Notes: generated from the letters alone by a model not told the origin. Shown: positions 19,387 to 27,990, counted from the stretch's first letter. The stretch is DNA of 64,000 bases from an uncultured Verrucomicrobiae bacterium (GCA_963735805.1 CAVTMK010000002.1:1248001-1312000), one strand, 5' to 3'. Numbers and translations: made by a program.

Positions 19387-19848
19387 CTTGGCGAGCACGG
19401 CCTCGACGTCCAAGACAAACCCAGGATGGAAGCCAATATGTTTGGCTTTGCCCCACCAGCTCGCGCCACCCGGCGTTGTGAGCAAGGTGCCCAGGAGTGC
19501 GCCAGCTGTCGCTTCGAAAGTCCCCTTCGGAAAGATTCCGCGCTGCGTTCTGTCCCAAATGTGAAAAGCCGCCCAGGCGTTTTCCTGCAACATCTGCTCC
19601 AATCGAAGCTGATCGGCCGCGTCCAGCGGCCTCTTCCCATGAAGACCGGCAGTCATCAACTCCGCGATGTCGCGATGCTTGGCGATGGCCATGCGGATCA
19701 CGGTCCATTGCTCCATGGTGGAGTTGTGTTCGTTCCGCTGAAGGGCGGCCGTATTTTGTTTGATCTGTAAAGCAACAAAGATCAAAGAAGCCACCACGGC
19801 CACCGAGGCAATAATTTGTGCGAGATAGGATATTTGTTCGAACGACAT
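19381..19848 (-). CDS. Hypothetical protein with N-terminal TM (paralog of 17910-18410)
   Basis: AQIIASVAVVASL..QIKQNT..SWW..FHPGF. Confidence 0.8.
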   Translation of the reverse strand: MSFEQISYLAQIIASVAVVASLIFVALQIKQNTAALQRNEHNSTMEQWTVIRMAIAKHRDIAELMTAGLHGKRPLDAADQLRLEQMLQENAWAAFHIWDRTQRGIFPKGTFEATAGALLGTLLTTPGGASWWGKAKHIGFHPGFVLDVEAVLAKT

Positions 19849-19867
19849 CGGTTTTAACGTTCCGTGG

Positions 19868-19990
19868 ACCTAACGAAAGTAAGATCAGCCACCGCTGGCG
19901 AGGGTGCGCATGGCGGCGGGAGGAAAGGTTGGAGTCACGGAAACCTTGTTCGTACGCCGGCCAACGGTTGGCTGCATCGTTTGGTTAGGC
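19868..19990 (-). repeat. attC
   Basis: acctaac-N8-gatcagcc ... ggctgcatc-N5-gttaggc. Confidence 0.88.
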
Positions 19991-20964
19991 TTTTCGTGAT
20001 CCATGCTTTCAACCGCCGCGATTGCCGCTTGGACGGCAACTGGATCAAGTGTGAGTGAGATGTGGTCGATCCCCGGGAGAACTGTAACAGGAACATCTTT
20101 GCCAGCTGTCTTGAAAACGGCTGCAAACCGATCGGCGTACGACACGTCATCGTTTTGACCGACGAGCACCCGAAGGGGTTGCCTAATCGCTCGGATGTTT
20201 GCCTGGTAATCGCGCTCCGGCCTGAAGTTCTGCGCGAGGGCGAAGGAATATTGCGGAGTGAGCAAGCCCTTGTCCCTCTCAGCGACCGCGAATCTGACCA
20301 CCGGCAGGTCGTCGAATGCGTGCACGCCAAACCCGTTGAGCACGGCGATCGCGATGATCCGCGGAACTCCCACGGTAGCCCAGCCGCCGTTACCCGGACG
20401 CAACGTTGCTGCGTCCTGACTGATCCAGGGAGAAAGAAGAAGATAGTTGGAGAATAGTTCCTGACGTGGACTGCCCGCGAAGCGAAGCACAAATCCGCCG
20501 CCGGAAGAGAATCCGGCGAGCGTGCAAGGCTGAGCCAATTTGGTCGAATGGACAAAATCTTCGAGGTCGTCCTCCAACTGTCCGATATAGGCGATGTGGC
20601 CTTTGGTGCCTGATTTGCCGTGTCCGCGGATGTCCAGCGTGTAAGCTGCATAGCCAGCGGCGGCAAATCCCTTGGCCATCAGGTGCATGCTGCTGCTACT
20701 GGCAGAGGAGCCGTGCACGAGCACCACGCTGCCTTTGACCGCGTCACCGGCAGTCGGGTAGGCTCGAAAGGCGAGTTTGGCGCCATCGCGAGCCGTAAAG
20801 TAACTGAGTGCCGGTAGATCGGAGAAATCCACGTTCTTGAAAGGGTCACTAATGCTCGACATTGGCGACGGCGGCTCGCCTGGTCCGCCAAGTGCGATCG
20901 CGAACCCAAGGGCCGTCACAAGAACTACGACAACAATAAGGGTGGTGATGAGAAAACGCTTCAT
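19885..20964 (-). CDS. Alpha/beta hydrolase (lysophospholipase-like) reading into its attC
   Basis: LVHGS, DIRGHG, GFSSGG. Confidence 0.88.
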   Translation of the reverse strand: MKRFLITTLIVVVVLVTALGFAIALGGPGEPPSPMSSISDPFKNVDFSDLPALSYFTARDGAKLAFRAYPTAGDAVKGSVVLVHGSSASSSSMHLMAKGFAAAGYAAYTLDIRGHGKSGTKGHIAYIGQLEDDLEDFVHSTKLAQPCTLAGFSSGGGFVLRFAGSPRQELFSNYLLLSPWISQDAATLRPGNGGWATVGVPRIIAIAVLNGFGVHAFDDLPVVRFAVAERDKGLLTPQYSFALAQNFRPERDYQANIRAIRQPLRVLVGQNDDVSYADRFAAVFKTAGKDVPVTVLPGIDHISLTLDPVAVQAAIAAVESMDHEKPNQTMQPTVGRRTNKVSVTPTFPPAAMRTLASGG

Positions 20965-20971
20965 GCAGTAA

Positions 20972-21094
20972 GCCTAACGAGAACAAGATGAGCGACCGTC
21001 GCCGAGAGCGAAGATGATTCGCAGCAAAGCGCGGTTCGCTATACGAAAGCCGAACATGCAGCCGGTGACGGTTCGCTCCATCTGCTGGTTAGAC
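20972..21094 (-). repeat. attC
   Basis: gcctaac-N8-gatgagcg ... cgctccatc-N5-gttagac. Confidence 0.88.
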
Positions 21095-21289
21095 GGCGAC
21101 TTGTTCGAAGGACACGTGTGGAATGTCCTCTACCCTTGTGCGAGCGTGCTCAACGGTAATCCCGCAGATTTTGCCCTCCGCGTCCAGATCAAGGAGTGTG
21201 TCCTCATCTAGGTCCCGCGTCTCCGCCACGTCTGCGCTGCGAAACTCGATGTAAAGCGTGTCAGTGTCTTGAAAGTAGCGAATCTTCAT
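21089..21289 (-). CDS. DUF2283 family protein (putative antitoxin)
   Basis: MKIRYFQDTDTLYIEF..LDLDAEGKICGITVEHA. Confidence 0.85.
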   Translation of the reverse strand: MKIRYFQDTDTLYIEFRSADVAETRDLDEDTLLDLDAEGKICGITVEHARTRVEDIPHVSFEQVAV

Positions 21290-21522
21290 GGGCGAAATGA
21301 GCGGTCAAAAAATGCATTATGCACGGTTTCGCGGTCGGGAAGAAGTATAACCCGCAAGTAGCGGCCGTCCATCTCGGCGATCGGCGCCCAGCGGCGAATC
21401 CGGCTATCGCGCTGTATCTGCTCTCGAACGCGATGCGCAACAACACGCTCGATCCATTCCAGGCGAATCGCTGCGCGATCTGGGCGTTGGCGCATGTGCT
21501 CGAAATAGCGTGTGAACCGCAT
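21286..21522 (-). CDS. Small basic DUF4258/RelE-like protein (putative toxin)
   Basis: MRFTRYF..RYLRVILLPDRETVHNAFFD, ATGA overlap with the DUF2283 gene. Confidence 0.7.
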   Translation of the reverse strand: MRFTRYFEHMRQRPDRAAIRLEWIERVVAHRVREQIQRDSRIRRWAPIAEMDGRYLRVILLPDRETVHNAFFDRSFRP

Positions 21523-21566
21523 TCCTTCAGACTGGCGCAGACGTGGATCATACGAAAGATGAAGCC

Positions 21567-22132
21567 GTCTAACGAGAAAGAGAATGGAGCCCGCGGGAAT
21601 GGAGTCGCTGGGATGCGAGCGACATGGGTGGGCAAACCTGAGAGGGTGAGGCTTCCGGGCATGAAGCCGAATCAAGCGGTGTGACATGGACGGGAAGCCC
21701 GAAGGGTGTTTTCGCGGGAAGAAAACATCATAAGCCACGGCTGGCGTTGAACAACAATACGGCGGGAGTGCGTGAGTGCGCAGACACAAATCGCACTAGG
21801 GAATCGGGCCGCTTTGCGGCAAACCAAAAAGCAGGTAACAAAATCGATGCACTAGCGGGAGCGTAAGCCGGGCACCTGGATGAAATCCAGGGTGTCGTGG
21901 CAAACACCCTAAACTTATTTCGAAATGGGGCCAGCCTGCTCGCGAATGGAGCCGCGGGACGGCAGCGACATAGATGGGCAAACCGAGAGGTCGAATGAAG
22001 CTTAACGGAAAAGCGACATAGAAGGTAAAACTGTGAGGGAAGCAGCGAGCGAGTCGGGGAAGGAGCGAGTTTCAAATGAGCGGGAGCGAATGAGTCAAAG
22101 CTTTCGGAGTTGGCTTCATGGATTGGTTAGGC
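21567..22132 (-). repeat. 566-bp family-A attC with three inserts (21584-21730, 21742-21888, 21933-22108)
   Basis: Removing 147+147+176 bp leaves 96 bp colinear with 25255-25350 and 28544-28639. Confidence 0.88.
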
Positions 22133-22139
22133 GACTGGT

Positions 22140-22607
22140 TTAATAAACACATGATGCAACGAGAAGAATCAGAGCGATAACCAAAAAGACGACCCGGATG
22201 GCATGAAGCAAATCCCAGCGTCGGCGCAAGTCTCGCCAATTTGGTGGCACAGAATCCGGCTGCCAGCGGGCAACCTGGTTGTTGATAGGAACGGGCAAGA
22301 GCACGGAGTAAATACTTATGAGCGCCAAGAGCACCGTCGAGGCGAGTGCCAGCCACCACGGCGCGCTCCGTGCCGTGTGCGCAACGAAAGTCACTGCGAG
22401 GGCAAGCAGAAATGTAAGCGGATACCAGAATGACATCACCGTGCCGAGCGTCTTCGCCAATGTCTGAGCAGCTCGGATATGCACAGAGTCCTCAAGGCGG
22501 CTGATACGAGGGTGAAAGAAAACCGCCACGGCAAGCTCGCTACCGGTCATCGTCCCCGCGACCACAATGGCGGCGATCTCAAGAGCGTGAATGATGTCGG
22601 GATTCAT
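22140..22607 (-). CDS. DUF1772/anthrone oxygenase-like membrane protein (cassette)
   Basis: VPINNQV..W..LRRRWDLLHAIR. Start taken at MNPDI. Confidence 0.85.
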   Translation of the reverse strand: MNPDIIHALEIAAIVVAGTMTGSELAVAVFFHPRISRLEDSVHIRAAQTLAKTLGTVMSFWYPLTFLLALAVTFVAHTARSAPWWLALASTVLLALISIYSVLLPVPINNQVARWQPDSVPPNWRDLRRRWDLLHAIRVVFLVIALILLVASCVY

Positions 22608-22628
22608 AAATTCACATAAACGCGAGTC

Positions 22629-22770
22629 GCCTAACGAGAACAAGATGAGCGACGGCGGACCCGCCGCGGCGGGTAAACTGTAGCGCGCGTCGCTCGCAGT
22701 AAAAGAGTGGAAGTCATCTCAAAAGTGGAGCGCACAGCGGTCCGCCGTTCGCTCCAGCGCATGGTTAGGT
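22629..22770 (-). repeat. attC with an internal GC palindrome
   Basis: gcctaac-N8-gatgagcg..cccgccgcggcggg..cgctccagc-N5-gttaggt. Confidence 0.85.
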
Positions 22771-24225
22771 CTATTTGTGTCGCTTCTCAAAAGACCTCTC
22801 CCAAGCAGCGAGACTCGGCGGAGTAGCAGTCGGTGTAGGCGTAGGGGTAACTGTCGGAGTTGGGGTTGGTGTCGCAATGGGAGTTGCTGTAGGTGTGGGA
22901 CTGAACGGAGGCGTCGGACGAGGGTGCGGAGTTGGACGCGGTCTCGGTGTCGCTCTAGGTGCGGGCGTAGGCGTCGGAGTGGGCGTTGGGGTTGACCCAG
23001 GAGTGTACAGTTCCGCGCTCGCACCAGCACTAAAGCTGCTGTATTCTCCTGCTGCAACAAGGACCGTGCCGTTAGACAGCAACGTAGCCGGGTGAAAAAA
23101 GCGTGCTGTGTTTAGGCTCCCCGTCACAGTCCAGGTCCCAAACGGAGGGTAGTACAGTTCCGCGCTCCTAAGGACATCGAAGCCGTTTACTCCCCCTGCA
23201 AGAAGGACCATGCCGTTAGACAGCAAGGTCGCCGTGTGAAGATAGCGTGCTGCGTTTAGGTTCCCCGTTACAGTCCAACTCCCGCTCGCAGGATCGTACA
23301 GTTCCGCGCTAGAGAGGACGTCGGAAGGGGTAAAAGTTGGGCCATCATGTCCTCCGGTAACAAGGATCATGCCGTTGGGCAGCAATGTCGCTGTGTGAAA
23401 AGCGCGTGGGGTGGTCAGGCTGCCCGTCACAGTCCAGGTCTCGCTGGCGGGATCGTACACTTCCGCGCTCGCAGAAGCATTGAAAGTGCCATCAAATCCC
23501 CCTGCAACAAGGACCATGCCGTTGGGCAGCAAGGTGGCCGTGTGAGCCTCGTGTCCTGAGTTTAGGCTGCCCGTCACAGTCCAGGTCTCGCTGGCAGGGT
23601 CGTACAGTTCCGCGCTGTCGAGATGATTTAAGCTATCTATTCCCCCTGCAACAAGGACCATGCCGTTGGGCAGCAAGGTGGCCGTGTGATAATAGCGTGC
23701 TGTGTTTAGGCTGCCCGTGGCAGTCCAGATCCCACTCGCAGGATCGTACAGTTCTGCGCTGTCGAGAGGAAAGCCAAGGGTATCAACTCCTCCGGCAACA
23801 AGAAGCTTGCCGTTGGGCAGCAAGGTGGCCGTGTGAATATAGCGTGCTGAGTTTAGGCTGCCGGTGGCAGTCCAAGTCCCACTCGCAGGATCGTACAGTT
23901 CTGCGCTGGCAGAAGCATTGCTCCTGCTATCAAATCCCCCTGCAACAAGGACCATGCCGTTGGGCAACAAGGTGGCCGTGTGAGCAAGGCGTGCCGTGTT
24001 CAGGTCGCCGGTGAGAGTCCAGGTCTCGCTCGCGGGATCGTCGCCGGTAGACAATGTCGCGAGTGGCCCCGATCCCAAAAGCAGCGGGGCCGCGACCGCA
24101 CTTTGCTTGGTTGCGGCTCGCTGCCCGAGCGCGAATGGGATCACGCAAACGGCTACAGGCAGAATCAGGTAAAGGGCACGTCGAAGAAGATGGGCTTTAA
24201 CCGAGGGGTTAAATTGTTTTTTCAT
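22771..24225 (-). CDS. Secreted Kelch-repeat beta-propeller protein with a Pro/Thr tail (cassette)
   Basis: Seven W..TGSL..AR..HTATLL.NG.VLVAGG..SAELYDP repeats. Confidence 0.92.
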   Translation of the reverse strand: MKKQFNPSVKAHLLRRALYLILPVAVCVIPFALGQRAATKQSAVAAPLLLGSGPLATLSTGDDPASETWTLTGDLNTARLAHTATLLPNGMVLVAGGFDSRSNASASAELYDPASGTWTATGSLNSARYIHTATLLPNGKLLVAGGVDTLGFPLDSAELYDPASGIWTATGSLNTARYYHTATLLPNGMVLVAGGIDSLNHLDSAELYDPASETWTVTGSLNSGHEAHTATLLPNGMVLVAGGFDGTFNASASAEVYDPASETWTVTGSLTTPRAFHTATLLPNGMILVTGGHDGPTFTPSDVLSSAELYDPASGSWTVTGNLNAARYLHTATLLSNGMVLLAGGVNGFDVLRSAELYYPPFGTWTVTGSLNTARFFHPATLLSNGTVLVAAGEYSSFSAGASAELYTPGSTPTPTPTPTPAPRATPRPRPTPHPRPTPPFSPTPTATPIATPTPTPTVTPTPTPTATPPSLAAWERSFEKRHK

Positions 24226-24237
24226 TTTGTGAATCCC

Positions 24238-24654
24238 ATCTAACGAGAAAGAGATAAGCCACGGCTATCGTTGAACAACAATACGGCGGAGTGCGGAGTG
24301 CGCAGACACAAATCGCACTAGGGAATCGGGCCGCTTCGCGGCAAACCAAAAAGCAGGTAACAAAATCGATGCACTAGCGGGAGCGTAAGCCGGGAGCCGA
24401 GACGAAGTCGAGGGTGTCGTTGCAAACACGCTGGACTTATTTCGCAATGGGGCCAGCCTGCTCGCAAATGGAGCCGCGGGACGGCAGCGACACAGATGGG
24501 CAAACCGAGAGGTCGAATGGAGCTTAACGGAAAAGCGACATAGAAGGTAAAACTGCGAGGGAAGCAGCGAGCGAGTCGGGGAAGGAGCGAGTTTCAAATG
24601 AGCGGGAGCGAATGAGTCAAAGCTTTCGGAGTTGGCTTCATCGATTGGTTAGGC
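24238..24654 (-). repeat. 417-bp family-A attC with two inserts (24266-24410, 24455-24630)
   Basis: Removing 145+176 bp leaves a 96-bp family-A site. Confidence 0.88.
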
Positions 24655-24665
24655 GACTTGCAAAG

Positions 24666-25247
24666 TCATTTCTTAGAATCGGTCTCAGTGCCCTGAACTT
24701 GAAATCGACTTATAACATCCACTACAAACCGTTCCGAGAAACCTGCGACAAAAGACCAGAATGCGAGCTTCGCATAACCACTAAAATCGGTGTGGACATG
24801 AGAAATGATTAAATAGTTCTGCCATGTGATTCCTTTATCCACATCGGAATCCAATTCAAAAGTCGGAAAAAGGGGGCTCGACACCAACTGTGAGAGGAAT
24901 AGCATATATAAGAGCAATGCAAGTATACCGCCTACGAGGGGGGCGAGTGCAACATAAGCCCATGACGTCTCAAGTAATTCAAGGTCGTCTTCCCCGAACT
25001 GTTTGAGCCGACGTTGAAGGCCGACAAATCCGCCAACTGCTCCCACGATCATGCACAATACTGGAGTGGAAGGGACAGGTGTCTCTGCTTTTCCTTCAAA
25101 CCACACGCTGCAGAACATCAGCACTCCTCCGACAGTTAGTAAAATTAGGAGTGCAATCAGAAGCCGCCTACTCACAAGACGAACGGTGTCTACCTTACGT
25201 TTCTGCAGGACCGCGTCATTTGCTTCCGAGAGGTGAGGTAAAGTCAT
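24666..25247 (-). CDS. Hypothetical membrane protein, lower GC (cassette)
   Basis: Four TM segments, FVAGFSERFV. Confidence 0.78.
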   Translation of the reverse strand: MTLPHLSEANDAVLQKRKVDTVRLVSRRLLIALLILLTVGGVLMFCSVWFEGKAETPVPSTPVLCMIVGAVGGFVGLQRRLKQFGEDDLELLETSWAYVALAPLVGGILALLLYMLFLSQLVSSPLFPTFELDSDVDKGITWQNYLIISHVHTDFSGYAKLAFWSFVAGFSERFVVDVISRFQVQGTETDSKK

Positions 25248-25254
25248 AAATGGG

Positions 25255-25350
25255 TTCTAACGAGAAAGAGATAAGCCATGGCAGGGTGCTATGGCAATCA
25301 CACTGAACTTATTTTGCCAAGGGGCCGTTGGCTTCAGCGATTGGTTAGGT
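25255..25350 (-). repeat. Family-A attC (96 bp, no insert)
   Basis: ttctaac-gagaaaga-gataagcc ... ggcttcagc-gattg-gttaggt. Confidence 0.88.
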
Positions 25351-25818
25351 CTGTTGCTGTGCATCCTTAGTGTATCGGAAGTAATGATCGCGAATGTGGA
25401 GCAACCAGACAAGCATAGCAGCAAGAAATGCGAACTGGAACAAATCGCCGATGAATTCTACCGGCCAAGAGTGAACACGCGGTTGATAGCGCGCGTATCC
25501 ACTGAGGCGAAGAATCCAGTAGAGTAGAAGCGTGAACGGCACCCACGCTACGACGAGATGCCACGCCAAGCGAGACTTGGATTGGTAAAGGACGAAAACC
25601 ACTAGCGCGACGGAAATCTCGATGATGGTGACAACATCGAACGCACGATGGAAAACAAACGGCTCCGTCAAACCGACAATGACAGACATGACTGCGACGA
25701 TAGCAACGAACCGTAGCGGATTTCGGGGCGCTTTGGGGTCGGCGGGCGAGTAATCGCCATAGCGCTCTCTTTGCCAAAGCTGAAACCGATAGCTGAATCG
25801 CTCGATGAGCTCGCGCAT
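25345..25818 (-). CDS. Hypothetical membrane protein (cassette)
   Basis: Four TM segments, ATG 2 nt after the core site. Confidence 0.75.
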   Translation of the reverse strand: MRELIERFSYRFQLWQRERYGDYSPADPKAPRNPLRFVAIVAVMSVIVGLTEPFVFHRAFDVVTIIEISVALVVFVLYQSKSRLAWHLVVAWVPFTLLLYWILRLSGYARYQPRVHSWPVEFIGDLFQFAFLAAMLVWLLHIRDHYFRYTKDAQQQT

Positions 25819-25820
25819 AG

Positions 25821-25864
25821 ACCTAACGAGAAAGAGATAAGCCACGGCAGGGTGTCGTGGCAAG
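25821..25864 (-). repeat. Truncated family-A attC (R'-L' half)
   Basis: Identical to 29427-29470, then the similarity stops. Confidence 0.8.
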
Positions 25865-25962
25865 GTTTTATGCGTTCAACCATCGGGGTCTCTGTCGGCT
25901 AGAAAGTGTTTTTAGGTGTCAGGCGCGGAAGGCTCACGTAGTTTCGCAAACTTTTCCGTTGC

Positions 25963-26487
25963 TTAGAATTTTTTAAACTTCGCGGTTGCCGCGGCCTTTT
26001 CGGCCGCAATCGTTGTGTCGAGATATGTCTTCGTCAAAATATGAAGTCTACCTCGAACTTCGTTGTAATCAGCGAGAGTCGAACTCATCGAGATTTCGCC
26101 GAGCATCCAGCGCTGTCCTTTCGAGGAATACATGGAATGGCCGCGCGGAATCTGCTTCCATTCTTTCCCCTGCGCATTTGCCTGCAGGAGCGTCTCGACT
26201 TCTGTGCGATCGATTTTTGCGTGCGGTTTGGAATAATATTCGGACTCGCTGACGCCATTAAGAAAACTGACGATGACAACGATGCCGTCGGACTTGTACA
26301 TCTTCTTCACTGCAGGCCTGGGCGGCTCGGTGGCGGTGAATATTTTAACAGGCTTCCCATAGCGCGCCTCGATTTGCGATTGGTTCTCGCCGATTCGGGC
26401 GTTCGCCGACGACCAAATAAAAAGCGTAGTAAGCAGAGCGAGCGATCGGGGGATAGTTTTCACGGCGCGCATTGCATCAGCGTTCAC
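25963..26487 (-). CDS. Hypothetical secreted protein
   Basis: Signal peptide then RIGENQSQIEARYGKP. Similar N-terminal motif in 27990-28541. Confidence 0.7.
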   Translation of the reverse strand: MNADAMRAVKTIPRSLALLTTLFIWSSANARIGENQSQIEARYGKPVKIFTATEPPRPAVKKMYKSDGIVVIVSFLNGVSESEYYSKPHAKIDRTEVETLLQANAQGKEWKQIPRGHSMYSSKGQRWMLGEISMSSTLADYNEVRGRLHILTKTYLDTTIAAEKAAATAKFKKF

Positions 26488-26734
26488 CGCAAAAATCGAG
26501 CAAAAACCTACGGTTTTGCGCGCCGCTGCAACGAACTAACGCTTTTTAGTCCAGGGCTTCTTTCTCGCTTCCGCGAGACGTTTGGTCCGCTTCTGAATTT
26601 GGGCGGGGCTGTAATGCTTGGGCTTGCCGCGCGCGAGCCTTCCGAGTTGCTGGGCCGGTGCTTTTTCGTTTAAGAAAATTCTGCGGTGAAGCAGAAGCGG
26701 GAACTTCGACGTAATTTCGCCGGATAGATTTTTA

Positions 26735-27028
26735 ATGATTACTCATATCAAAAGAACAATTCTGATCGCAATCGCTGGCGTCATGCCAACGTTCGCCGGC
26801 TTCGCTCAACAACTAAGGCCGATGGCAGAGTCGGCGGTGAACACTCCGAATGCTGTGAACAGTTGGCAGTTTATTTCGACCGCACTCGGCCCGTCTGTCC
26901 CTGCCGGATGGCAGCTTGTTGGTATCGAAGGAGTCATCTACCAAGGTAACTCCATTAATCGGTGGCAGGTGTATCTCTACAACCCGTCCACGCGACAGAC
27001 TGCCGGATGGCTTGTCCAAATCAATTAA
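26735..27028 (+). CDS. Short secreted hypothetical protein, possibly a repeat-protein fragment
   Basis: Signal peptide, GPSVPAGWQLVG..YLYNPSTRQTAGW. Confidence 0.55.
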   Translation: MITHIKRTILIAIAGVMPTFAGFAQQLRPMAESAVNTPNAVNSWQFISTALGPSVPAGWQLVGIEGVIYQGNSINRWQVYLYNPSTRQTAGWLVQIN

Positions 27029-27150
27029 ACAGCGAAAGAATCCGAAAAAGCGCCCGTCCCTGCCCACCGTGACAAGCCTGCTGAGAGATTGCTTCGGGCC
27101 GTTCTCGCCTGCCTTGACGCTGTTCAGTCGATATGTTCGTATGAACAGTT

Positions 27151-27424
27151 ATGCGGGCTGCACGCCTTCAAAATGCACTGGAACGCCTCACGGCAGCGAT
27201 CCGTAATGTCGAGTCCGAGCTTGCGGCGATGAAAGCCGAACAGGATCCGCTGGCGTCGCACATCTTTGTTGCGCGCCGCCATTATCGGAACGTCAACGAT
27301 ACGAAAAGCGGTAAGCGCCGCGAGATGACGGCCCGGTTGAGCTTCGATACTGCCTGCGAACTCGGTTTTCGCGGTAGCCTCGATGAATGGGGAGCGCCTG
27401 ATGGGAGCAGTCGCGAAGCGGTGA
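27151..27424 (+). pseudogene. Hypothetical protein with a probable +1 frameshift near the 3' end
   Basis: Removing one G from tgggga (~27390) gives LDEWERLMGAVAKR-stop. Confidence 0.5.
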
Positions 27425-27441
27425 AGTCACCGGAGCGGCGC

Positions 27442-27469
27442 GCGGTTCGTCGCATCGCCTGCGTTAGGC
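27442..27469 (-). repeat. attC remnant (R''-L'' half, not family A)
   Basis: gcggttcgtcgcatcgcctgcgttaggc. Confidence 0.6.
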
Positions 27470-27493
27470 TCAGTAGGTGTTCTTAAACTGGAT

Positions 27494-27856
27494 TCAAAGA
27501 GGCGTCGATCCTGGAGGCGAGATCGAGCGTCCTGCAAATACCGCTATCAAGAGTAAAGCGTAAGTGACAGCCCTCAACACTGACCACATGATCGAAATGG
27601 CGGCCATTACCGATGCACTCTCGACCGTCGTGTGGCCGCTGTGCCTGACCCATTGTTGCACAGCAGTCTGCCCGACTGGAACGGCAAAACAAAGAACCGC
27701 AGCGAGGCCGAATCCAAGAAGCGCCCACATCGATCCCCTGGAGCCCTCCTTCCACCTCCCGAGAATAACAACGCCAGCCACAAAACAAACGATTAACGTA
27801 GGTAATTGTATCGCAAACATTGAGAGCGACAGTTCAATCTGGTCGATATTATTCAT
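27494..27856 (-). CDS. Hypothetical membrane protein (cassette)
   Basis: Three TM segments. Start taken at MNNID. Confidence 0.75.
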   Translation of the reverse strand: MNNIDQIELSLSMFAIQLPTLIVCFVAGVVILGRWKEGSRGSMWALLGFGLAAVLCFAVPVGQTAVQQWVRHSGHTTVESASVMAAISIMWSVLRAVTYALLLIAVFAGRSISPPGSTPL

Positions 27857-27870
27857 AGATGTTCGAGGCG

Positions 27871-27990
27871 ATCTAACGAGAAAGAGATAAGGCACCCCAG
27901 GGCGTCGTGGCAAGAACGCTGAACGTGCGTCGCAATGGGGCCTGCCGGCTCGCGAATCCTTTCGGAGTTGGCTTCATCGATTGGTTAGAT
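27871..27990 (-). repeat. Family-A attC with a 24-bp remnant of insert 3
   Basis: 120 bp, and removing 27943-27966 leaves 96 bp. Confidence 0.85.

Noticed and set aside
18707..19708. 333-aa version of the GNAT ORF and other N-terminal extensions through attC sites
   Set aside because: The extensions cross recombination sites or overlap the upstream cassette gene. Starts were reassigned to the first ATG after the core site.
21620..21670. Resemblance of ggcaaacc..gg..gcttccgg to a c-di-GMP-I riboswitch, and of tggagcccgcgggaat to a tRNA 3' end
   Set aside because: Only short partial matches. The remaining conserved elements are missing.
21584..22108. Group IIC-attC intron or intact IS1111-type element as the identity of the inserts
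   Set aside because: No RT or transposase ORF, no recognisable intron domain V or GUGYG start at the junctions, and no clear subterminal inverted repeats. A remote derivation is not excluded.
16420..24597. Three repeated ORFs starting MKLAPSPTRSLLPSQF (16420, 21728, 24265)
   Set aside because: They have TTG starts, span insert and attC sequence, and end differently in each copy. They are best explained as by-products of the repeated non-coding DNA, although a peptide cannot be fully excluded.
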